In this document: piece after piece, positions 7,477 through 14,399 of the stretch
How positions within the stretch are numbered: the first letter of the stretch is position 1
Layout of the letters: each line of letters opens with the position of its first letter
From: Kineococcus radiotolerans SRS30216 = ATCC BAA-149
GTDB taxonomy: Bacteria > Actinomycetota > Actinomycetes > Actinomycetales > Kineococcaceae
Direction of reading: 5' to 3'
Assembly (NCBI RefSeq): GCF_000017305.1
Contig: NC_009664.2
Coordinates: forward strand, 1,950,001 to 1,982,000
DNA: 32,000 bases
Notes under the pieces: generated by a model
The model's input: only the letters and a program-made list of their open reading frames with translations
Databases searched by the model: none
Told to the model about the DNA's origin: nothing
Made by a program: the position numbers and the translations under genes

Positions 7477-7532
7477 GGAGGGGAACGTCCGGCGGCTCGA
7501 CGGGCCCCGGAGGCCGCCGGACGTTCCCCTCC
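7477..7532. terminator. bidirectional hairpin with a perfect 20-bp stem between convergent genes
   Basis: GGAGGGGAACGTCCGGCGGC (7477-7496) pairs perfectly with GCCGCCGGACGTTCCCCTCC (7513-7532), with a 16-nt loop. It lies between the vapC stop (7466) and the CSD gene stop (7540). Confidence 0.6.
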
Positions 7533-7539
7533 CGCCGGG

Positions 7540-8019
7540 TCAGCGTCCGTCGACGAGGAACCCGCGGTCGAAGCCGTAGTCGGTCAGCGCGTCGCGCAGC
7601 TCCCGGACCTGCCGGCCGCTGAGGTCGTCGACCGCGCTCAGCAGGAGCTCGGTGACCTCGCGGCGGAACTGCTCCACCGGCAGGGCCCCGCCGCGCGCGG
7701 CGGGACGCCCGCCCGCACCGGCCCGGTCCCGGCCCGCGTCACGACTGGAGTCACGGCCTGCATCACGACTGGAGTCGCGGCTGGGCCCGCGGCCCGCCGA
7801 GCCCAGCGGCCGGACGTCGGTGGCCTTGTAGCCGCGGTCACCCTGGTCCAGGGTGAACTGCACCGACGCGCCCTCCAGGTCCTCGGCCTCCAGGTCGACG
7901 ACGTCCTTCACGTGGAAGAAGACGTTCTCCGGGCAGTCCGGGCTGGTGATGAAACCGAACCCGCGCCCGTCGTCGAACGACCGGACCTTGCCCTTGGCCA
8001 GCGAAGCCACCAGTACCAC
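7540..8019 (-). CDS. cold-shock-domain protein with Arg/Asp/Ser-rich repeat linker and C-terminal helical extension
   Basis: N-terminal CSD with RNP1-like RGFGFI and RNP2-like VFFHV (KGKVRSFDDGRGFGFITSPDCPENVFFHVKDV...). This is followed by SRDSSRDAGRDSSRDAGRD and about 50 further residues. At 159 aa it is more than twice the length of a classical Csp. Confidence 0.85.
   Translation of the reverse strand: MVLVASLAKGKVRSFDDGRGFGFITSPDCPENVFFHVKDVVDLEAEDLEGASVQFTLDQGDRGYKATDVRPLGSAGRGPSRDSSRDAGRDSSRDAGRDRAGAGGRPAARGGALPVEQFRREVTELLLSAVDDLSGRQVRELRDALTDYGFDRGFLVDGR
7739..7786. repeat. tandem duplication, 24 bp x 2, inside the CSD gene
   Basis: TCACGACTGGAGTCACGGCCTGCA (7739-7762) is followed by TCACGACTGGAGTCGCGGCTGGGC (7763-7786). 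It encodes the SRDAGRDS repeat. Confidence 0.8.
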
Positions 8020-8147
8020 TCACTCTCGATCGACTCACGGCCCGCCGCCGCGCGAGGGGCCGGGGGACATCCTCCCCGAGGACGGGACGCGCCGGCGCCA
8101 CCACCGCGGCCCCCGTGGTCCGGCGGCGGCCCGGCGGCGGCGCTGCG

Positions 8148-8486
8148 TCAGCCGGACGGCGGTGCGTAGCGCCAGCCCCACCCGTGGGCGTCGCGGTGGA
8201 CGGTGACCGGGCCCGAGCGCACCGGGGTCCCCGCGGGCTCGTCGTGCAGGGCCTGAACGCCCTCGCGGGCCGCGGCCGCCACCAGCGCGCACCCGCCGGC
8301 GTCGACGACGGCGTGGGCGTGGTCGCGGTCGTCGCAGTCGCGGTCCTCGTCGACGGCGCACACGCTGCGGCAGGGCGCCCCGGCCTCGGCGCGGCAGGTG
8401 ATCCGGCCCGCGACGCGCCCGCCGTCGGCGTGCCACCAGGTGACCTCGTGCGAGGGGGCGGGGGACGGGGCGGTGGGGGCGGTCAT
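8148..8486 (-). CDS. hypothetical small Cys-rich protein (112 aa)
   Basis: The start at ATG 8484-8486 is preceded by GGAGAG 7 nt upstream. Nearly all third codon positions are G/C. Cys pattern C31-X7-C39-X3-C43-X7-C51-X14-C66, with a WWH motif and a C-terminal GWGWRY. The longer 183-aa ORF extension to 8699 is low-complexity and lacks an RBS. Confidence 0.6.
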   Translation of the reverse strand: MTAPTAPSPAPSHEVTWWHADGGRVAGRITCRAEAGAPCRSVCAVDEDRDCDDRDHAHAVVDAGGCALVAAAAREGVQALHDEPAGTPVRSGPVTVHRDAHGWGWRYAPPSG

Positions 8487-8701
8487 CGGTCGGCTCTCCT
8501 GAACCTCGTGCGGGTCGTCCGGGGCCATCGTCCCCCCGGCGCCGGGCCCGCGCCCGGCCCGCCCGCCGCCCCGGTCCGGCGAGGGCCCGAGGGTGGTCCG
8601 GGGGGTTCCGTCCGCGCCACCACCCCCCTCGCGCCGGGGCCGGTCTTCTGGAAGTGTTCTCGCCATCCAGTGACGCTCCGTGGTCGGAGGGAGACTCAAA
8701 C

Positions 8702-10897
8702 GTGCTTGCCCTCGGGGTGCTGCGCGTCGTCCTCCTCCTCGCCGCCTGGTACGTCCTGCGCGGGCAGGCGCGCGCCGCGGAGGCCGGGAGCCGCATCTGG
8801 AACAGCCACGCCGCCGCCGTCGGCGTCCTCGCCGCGGGGGCGCTCGCGAGCCTCGTCCCCACCCTCGTCGGGCTCCCCGCGCAGTGGGCGGCGGACGTCT
8901 TCTCCGCCACCACGCTGCCCGCCTGCCTGCTCGTCTACCGCGGGATGGCCACCTACCACCGCCTCCACTCCGCCACCGGAGAGGTCGCGGACTGGCTGGT
9001 GGCCCTCAGCTGCGTGCTCACGGCCACCGCCGCCGCGAACCTCCTGCTGCAGACCGGCGTCCTGCACAGTCCCCTCACCGGCCCGGCGCTGCAGCACCGA
9101 CTGCTGACCGTCGCCTCCGTCACCGTCGTGCTCGCGGTCCTGCTGCGGGTCGTGCGCACCAGCCGGGCCGTCGACGCCCGCACCACCCTGCTCCTCACCG
9201 GGTCGCTGCTGAGCGTGCTGCTGGCCCACGTGTGGGTGACCCTGGCCGTCGTCAGCCCGCTCGCCCGCACGGGCCTCTCCTTCACCTGGGTCGCCTTCGC
9301 CGGCGCCCTCGCCCACACCGTCGTCCGCCGGCGCAACGACACGACCCGCCCCCTCACCACCTCGCCGCTGTCCACGACCACCACCGCCTTCGCCACCCTG
9401 CTCGCCGGGGTCGGCGTCATCACCGCCACCACCCTGCAACCGGGCGACGGGCGGCTGCGCTGGTCGGTGGTCTGGGCCGTGCTGGCCGTGCTGCCCGTGG
9501 CCGGCCGGATCCGGCAGCTCGTGCGGGGCCTGGTCCACCACGACCGCGTCCAGCGCGAGGCCGCCACCGACGAGCTCACCGGGCTGCCCAACCGGCGCGC
9601 CTTCACCGCCGCGCTGGAGACCGCCACCCGCGAGCGGCGGCCCGCGACCGTGCTGCTCATCGACCTCGACCGCTTCAAGGAGGTCAACGACCGCTACGGG
9701 CACGCCACCGGTGACCGGCTGCTGCAGCACGTCAGCCGCGCCTTCACCGGCGTCCTGCCCGCCGGGGCCCTGCTCGCCCGCCTCGGCGGCGACGAGTTCG
9801 CCGTCCTGCTCACCGCCGCCCCCCACGCCGGCGACCCGGACCTCTCCCTGCGGACCGCCCACCACGTGGGCACCGCCGCCGAGCGCGACCCCCTCGACGG
9901 GGTGCACCAGGTCGTCGCCAGCGTCGGCGTCGTCACCACCGACGGCCTCCAGCACCTGCAGGGGGAGGACCTGCTGCGCCGCGCCGACGCCGCGATGTAC
10001 GTCGCCAAGGCCGGCGGGGGCGGGGTCGGCGTCCACGACGACGCCGCCGCGCGGCGGTGGCGCCGGCACGAGGCCCTCGCCCTCGGCCTCCTCGACACCT
10101 TCTCCCCCGCCGCGGGCGCCACCACCCGCGAGGAGTTCGAGGTCCACTACGAGCCGCAGGTCACCCGCGAGGGCTGGACCGCCGGGGTCCGGGCGTCGCT
10201 GCGGTGGTCCCACCCCGTGCTGGGGGTGCTGGACCCGCCCGAGTTCCTCGGGGTCGCCGAGGAGCTGCGGCTGCTGCCGGAGCTGACGACGCACCTGGTG
10301 ACCCGCGGGTGCGCCGACCTCGCGCGGTGGCGGGCCGCCGGCCACGACGTGCGGCTGTCCTTCCCCGTCGACCCCCTCCAGCTCACCGACCCGCGGCTGC
10401 TGGACCTGCTGGACGCCGTCGTCGCCGCCGGGACCGACCCCCGGCTGCTCGTGGTGGGGACCACCGCGGCGGTCTTCGCCGACGACCCCGAGAGCGCCAC
10501 CCGCACCTGCCGCGAGATCGACGCCCGCGGCTGCGGCCTGTCCATCGACGACTTCGGGACGGGCTGGCCCTCCCTGGCCCACCTGGCGGCCCTGCCCGTC
10601 GGGGAGGTCACCGTCGACGCCGCGCTGACCGCCCGCCTCCTCCTCGACCCGCGCGTCGCGACCGTCGTCGCCGCCGCGGTCGGGTTCGCCCACCACCTCG
10701 GCCTGCGCGTCGTCGCCGACGGGGTCGCCGACGCGACGACCCTGGACCTGCTGCACGGGATGGGCTGCGACCTCACCCGGGGGCCCCTGCACGGCCGGCC
10801 CGTCCCCGCGGGCGGGCTGCACCTGACCCTGCCGATCCCCGTCCCGCGCCCCACCCCGCACCCCGTCCCGTCGGCGCTGGACCCCACCCGCACCTGA
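8702..10897 (+). CDS. polytopic membrane protein with intact GGDEF domain and degenerate EAL domain
   Basis: The ORF runs 8654-10897. GTG 8702 is preferred as the start because GGAGGGAG (8687-8694) lies 7 nt upstream. GGDEF motifs: TDELTGLPNRR, DLDRFKEVNDRYGH, ARLGGDEFAVLL, RADAAMYVAKAGGG. EAL-fold region with lost catalytic motifs: ASL for EAL, SFPVD for xVNxS, VVGTT for ELTE, VTVD for KxD, ADGVAD for EGVE. Only DDFGTG is retained. Confidence 0.85.
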   Translation: MLALGVLRVVLLLAAWYVLRGQARAAEAGSRIWNSHAAAVGVLAAGALASLVPTLVGLPAQWAADVFSATTLPACLLVYRGMATYHRLHSATGEVADWLVALSCVLTATAAANLLLQTGVLHSPLTGPALQHRLLTVASVTVVLAVLLRVVRTSRAVDARTTLLLTGSLLSVLLAHVWVTLAVVSPLARTGLSFTWVAFAGALAHTVVRRRNDTTRPLTTSPLSTTTTAFATLLAGVGVITATTLQPGDGRLRWSVVWAVLAVLPVAGRIRQLVRGLVHHDRVQREAATDELTGLPNRRAFTAALETATRERRPATVLLIDLDRFKEVNDRYGHATGDRLLQHVSRAFTGVLPAGALLARLGGDEFAVLLTAAPHAGDPDLSLRTAHHVGTAAERDPLDGVHQVVASVGVVTTDGLQHLQGEDLLRRADAAMYVAKAGGGGVGVHDDAAARRWRRHEALALGLLDTFSPAAGATTREEFEVHYEPQVTREGWTAGVRASLRWSHPVLGVLDPPEFLGVAEELRLLPELTTHLVTRGCADLARWRAAGHDVRLSFPVDPLQLTDPRLLDLLDAVVAAGTDPRLLVVGTTAAVFADDPESATRTCREIDARGCGLSIDDFGTGWPSLAHLAALPVGEVTVDAALTARLLLDPRVATVVAAAVGFAHHLGLRVVADGVADATTLDLLHGMGCDLTRGPLHGRPVPAGGLHLTLPIPVPRPTPHPVPSALDPTRT

Positions 10898-10961
10898 CGC
10901 GCCCGCAGCGGACGGGGGTCGGGGGCTACGGATCGGCCCCGGACGTTCCGATGCACCGGAG

Positions 10962-13343
10962 GTGAACGCACGGTCCCTCCGCCGGCCCGGCGCGCCCGCG
11001 CCGGTGCGGAGCGTGCTCTTCGCCGCGCTGTTCCTCGTCGCCGTGCACCTGGGCCGGCTCAGCGTCGTCGACGGCGCCGGGCCCGCCGTCGTGTGGCCCG
11101 CCGCCGGGGTGGCCGCGGCCTGGTTCAGCGTCCAGCGCGCCACCAGCACCCGCTGGTCCGACCGCTGGCTCGACGTGCTCCTCATCACCGCCGTCACCGT
11201 CGCGGTGAACGCGGCCACCGGCGCCGGGGCCGTCCTCGTCGTGGGGTTCGTCGTCGCGAACCTGCTGCAGGCGGAGCTGTTCGCGGCCCTGCGCCGGCGC
11301 TGGTTCACCCCCTCCGTGGCGCTGCTGGGCACCCGCCAGCTCGCGGTGCTGCTGGCCGCCACCACCGCGGCCTGCGCGGTCGGCACCGCCGTCGGCACCG
11401 TCGTCGTCGCGCTGGACGGGTCACCGCCGGACTGGACGTCGGTCGCGATCTGGTTCACCCGCAACTGGGCCGGGATCCTGCTCGTCACCCCCGTCCTGCT
11501 GCGGCTGGTCCTCCGCGTCCCCGTCCGGTGGCCGGTGGGGACCGCCGCCACGGCGGAGCTGACCGCCGCCCTCGCCGTCTCCGTCCTCGCCTACGTCGGG
11601 GTGTTCTGGGCCGTCGACGGGCTGCCGCTGGCGTTCCTGCCGCTGGCGGCCACGATCTGGCTGGCCCTGCGCTTCGACACCACGATCGTCGTCGTCGCCG
11701 GTCTCGTCGTCGCCACCACCACGGTGCTGGGCACCCTCGCCGGGCACGGGCCGTTCGCCGCCGTCCCCGACGACCTGACGCGGATCCTCGTCGTGCAGGT
11801 CCACGTGGGCTTCCTCGCCGCCCTCGGCCTCGCCCTCGCCGTCGGCCGCGACGAGCGGGCCTCCCTGGTGGCGCGGCTCTCCGCCGCGAGCGCCGAGGCC
11901 CAGGCCGCGCGCGCGGAGGCCGAGCACCGGGAGCGGTTCGCGGAGGCGGTCCTGGCCGGTGTCGGCACCGGGATCGTCGTGTCCGACCCGCAGGGGCGCC
12001 TCGTCACGTTCAACGACACCGCCCGCGCCTGGCACGGCCTCGACGCCGACGCCGACCTGGACCCCGTCCAGCACGCGGGGACCTACCACCTCTTCGCCGC
12101 CGACGGCTCCACCCCGCTGACCCACGCCGAGATCCCCCTGGTGCGCACGCTGCACGAGGGCCGGGTCAGCGCCGCCGAGATGGTCATCGCCCGCCCGGGC
12201 CGGCCCCCCGTCCCCGTCGTGTGCAGCGGGCGGACCGTGGTCGGCGCGGACGGGGAGGTCCTGGGGGCGGTCGTGGCGATGCACGACCTCACCGACACCC
12301 GGGCCCGGGAGGCGGACCTGGCCGCGGCGAACGCGCGCCTGGCCGCGCACGTGGCCCAGGTGGAGCGGCTGGCGGCGGCCTCGCGGGCCGTCCTGACCGC
12401 GGAGGACCCGCGGCGGGCGGTCGTGGCGGCGGCGGTGGAGATCGCCGGGGCCGAGGCCGCCTACCTCCTGCAGCCCGACGGGCAGGGCCGGCTGGTGTCG
12501 ACCTCGACGACCGGGCTGCCCGAGGACCTCGTCCTGAGCCTGGACCTGGACGGGCCGACGACCCTGGTGGTCGGCAGCTACCTGGACGGGGAGGCGCTGT
12601 TCGTCCCCGACGTCGCGACGCACCCGCGGGCCGACCCCCGCCTCATCGAGGTCTGCGGGACGGTCTCGGGGGCCTGGCAGCCCGTCGTGGACGCCGGCGG
12701 GCAGGTCGTGGGGGTGCTCGGCATCATCTGGCGCGAGCCGGTGGCGGTGCTGGAGCCCACGACGGCCGCGGTGCTGCAGGGCCTGGCCGCGGAGGCGGCG
12801 CACGCCTTCGCCCGCGCGGACCTGCTGGCCCGGCTGGCCCGCGACGCCCAGCACGACGCGCTCACCGGGCTGGTCAACCGCCGCCGCTGGGACGCCCTGG
12901 CCCGCCGGGAGATCCGCCGGGCGGGGCGCCACCGGACGCCGCTGACGTTCGCGCTGCTGGACCTGGACCACTTCAAGCTCTTCAACGACACCCGCGGCCA
13001 CCTCGCCGGGGACGAGCTGCTGCGGGGGTTCTCCCTGGCGGCCGGGGCGCAGCTGCGCGAGCTGGACACGCTCTCGCGGTGGGGGGGCGAGGAGTTCGCG
13101 CTGCTGCTGCCCGGCTGCACCGCCGCCGACGCGGTGGACGTGGTGGACCGGATCCGCGCCGTCGTCCCCGAGGGGCAGACCTGCACCGCGGGGATCTGCG
13201 AGTGGCTGCCGGGGACGGAGGCCGCGGAGGTCATGGCCGCCGCCGACCGGGCCCTGTACCGGGGCAAGGAGGTGCGCGACACGACCGTCGTCGGGTCCGT
13301 CCTGGACGTGCCCGCCCCCGCCGCCGGGGTCCCGGAGCGCTGA
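10962..13343 (+). CDS. MASE1-PAS-GAF-GGDEF diguanylate cyclase
   Basis: N-terminal membrane domain with a MASE1-like signature (AVHLGRLSVV..PAVVWPAAGVAAAWF). PAS (GIVVSDPQGRLVTFNDTARAWHG...). GAF (AYLLQPDGQGRLVSTS...GVLGIIWREP). GGDEF (DALTGLVNRR, DLDHFKLFNDTRGH, SRWGGEEFALLL) with an RxxD I-site (RELD) 5 residues upstream. The exact start is uncertain; alternatives are GTG 11004 and 11013. Confidence 0.85.
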   Translation: MNARSLRRPGAPAPVRSVLFAALFLVAVHLGRLSVVDGAGPAVVWPAAGVAAAWFSVQRATSTRWSDRWLDVLLITAVTVAVNAATGAGAVLVVGFVVANLLQAELFAALRRRWFTPSVALLGTRQLAVLLAATTAACAVGTAVGTVVVALDGSPPDWTSVAIWFTRNWAGILLVTPVLLRLVLRVPVRWPVGTAATAELTAALAVSVLAYVGVFWAVDGLPLAFLPLAATIWLALRFDTTIVVVAGLVVATTTVLGTLAGHGPFAAVPDDLTRILVVQVHVGFLAALGLALAVGRDERASLVARLSAASAEAQAARAEAEHRERFAEAVLAGVGTGIVVSDPQGRLVTFNDTARAWHGLDADADLDPVQHAGTYHLFAADGSTPLTHAEIPLVRTLHEGRVSAAEMVIARPGRPPVPVVCSGRTVVGADGEVLGAVVAMHDLTDTRAREADLAAANARLAAHVAQVERLAAASRAVLTAEDPRRAVVAAAVEIAGAEAAYLLQPDGQGRLVSTSTTGLPEDLVLSLDLDGPTTLVVGSYLDGEALFVPDVATHPRADPRLIEVCGTVSGAWQPVVDAGGQVVGVLGIIWREPVAVLEPTTAAVLQGLAAEAAHAFARADLLARLARDAQHDALTGLVNRRRWDALARREIRRAGRHRTPLTFALLDLDHFKLFNDTRGHLAGDELLRGFSLAAGAQLRELDTLSRWGGEEFALLLPGCTAADAVDVVDRIRAVVPEGQTCTAGICEWLPGTEAAEVMAAADRALYRGKEVRDTTVVGSVLDVPAPAAGVPER

Positions 13344-13378
13344 ACGCGCCCCGGGGCCCGGAGACGAGGACGGAGCGG

Positions 13379-13852
13379 TCAGCCTCCCAGCGGGAGGGCG
13401 TTCCAGCGGCTGGTGAAGGCGAGGCCGCTGCGCTGGAAGAGCTGGGTGACGGGGCAGCGGCGCTCGGTCTCGCTGCGCAGCCGCGCGAACTGCTCCGGGG
13501 TGGCGTCGGTCCCGAGGTCCACCTCGACGGTGACGGCGACGAAGTTCGCGTTGCCCTCCGCCCCGGTGGAGATGACCGACGGGTCGAGGTCGCCCTGGGC
13601 GCGCAGGCGCCACGTCCCCAGGGTGAGGCCCAGGTCGCGGGCGACGAGGCTGCCCGTCACCTGGTGGCAGGACGTGAGCGCGCCGAGGGCGTAGCTCAGC
13701 GGGCTGGGCTCGGCGTCGGCGCCGCCGAAGGCGGGCAGGGTGTCGGCGCGGAAGCGGTGGGGGTGGGCGCCGGGGGCGGTGACGGTCTGGGCGACACCGC
13801 TCCCCTCGGCCTCGACGACGAAGGGGACGGTCGGCCGGGAGCCATCGGTCAC
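13379..13852 (-). CDS. OsmC/Ohr-family peroxiredoxin-like protein
   Basis: Two-Cys OsmC pattern (PSPLSYALGALTSCHQV and ERRCPVTQL). The start is placed at GTG 13850-13852 because AGGAGG lies 8 nt upstream. The ORF itself extends to 13870. Confidence 0.85.
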   Translation of the reverse strand: MTDGSRPTVPFVVEAEGSGVAQTVTAPGAHPHRFRADTLPAFGGADAEPSPLSYALGALTSCHQVTGSLVARDLGLTLGTWRLRAQGDLDPSVISTGAEGNANFVAVTVEVDLGTDATPEQFARLRSETERRCPVTQLFQRSGLAFTSRWNALPLGG

Positions 13853-13965
13853 GGGGGGTTCCTCCTGCACGGCGCGACCCGGCGGTCGGGTGCGCGGGGC
13901 GACCGTACGACGGCGGGCCGCGCGCGGCGCGGGGACGGGCGGCCCGCCGGGTCCAGCCGCCGGGC

Positions 13966-14241
13966 TCAGCGCAGGAGGGCGACCTCGCGCCGGGGCAGGA
14001 CGAGGCGCTCGCGCAGGAACGTCTGGACGTTGGCGCCGAGGGGGTCCCCGGCCTGCGCCTTGCCGGGGTCGTCGAGCCCGCGCTCGCGCCGGGGGACGGG
14101 GATCGCGGCGGCGCGCAGCGAGTTCAGCAGCCGCCGGGAGTAGGTCCCGGTGTGCAGGCAGAGCCGGGCCTCCTCGCGGAGGTCGTCGTCGAGACCGTCG
14201 TACCAGTCTTCATAGGTGGCGATCACGCAGTCAGTGTGCAC
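13966..14241 (-). CDS. hypothetical protein (91 aa)
   Basis: ORF with strongly G/C-biased third positions, upstream of and co-oriented with OsmC. No family recognised and the start is uncertain. Confidence 0.4.
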   Translation of the reverse strand: MHTDCVIATYEDWYDGLDDDLREEARLCLHTGTYSRRLLNSLRAAAIPVPRRERGLDDPGKAQAGDPLGANVQTFLRERLVLPRREVALLR

Positions 14242-14379
14242 TCCCGCCGTTCACCGGAGCGCCACTCTGCCGCCACCCGAGCAGCACTGCGACGCAGCGT
14301 GTTCGAGTGACCTCGTTGCGCGACGGGCGGGTGGCGGCGCCGCCCCCGCTCCCCACCGCCCCGCGCCGAGCGGGTCACC

Positions 14380-14399
14380 CACCCGCGGAGTCGCGGGTG
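14380..14399 (+). promoter_or_regulatory. GC-rich hairpin covering the candidate SD and GTG start of the LOV phosphatase gene
   Basis: CACCCGCG (14380-14387), loop GAGT, CGCGGGTG (14392-14399): a perfect 8-bp stem. GGAG (14387-14390) and GTG (14397-14399) lie inside the structure. Confidence 0.3.

Noticed and set aside
8487-8699. Longer 183-aa version of the Cys-rich ORF, and GC-only hairpins (for example GCCGGGC-ccgc-GCCCGGC) in the 8487-8701 spacer.
   Set aside because: The extension is Gly/Arg/Pro low-complexity with no RBS, whereas ATG 8486 has one. Short all-GC stems in a ~85-90% GC spacer are expected by chance.
13740-14396. N-terminal 219-codon extension of the LOV-phosphatase ORF given in the track.
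   Set aside because: The extension overlaps the OsmC and 13966-14241 genes on the opposite strand and is Arg/Gly/Ala low-complexity. A good SD plus GTG at 14397 (or the ATG at 14427) precedes the first recognisable domain.
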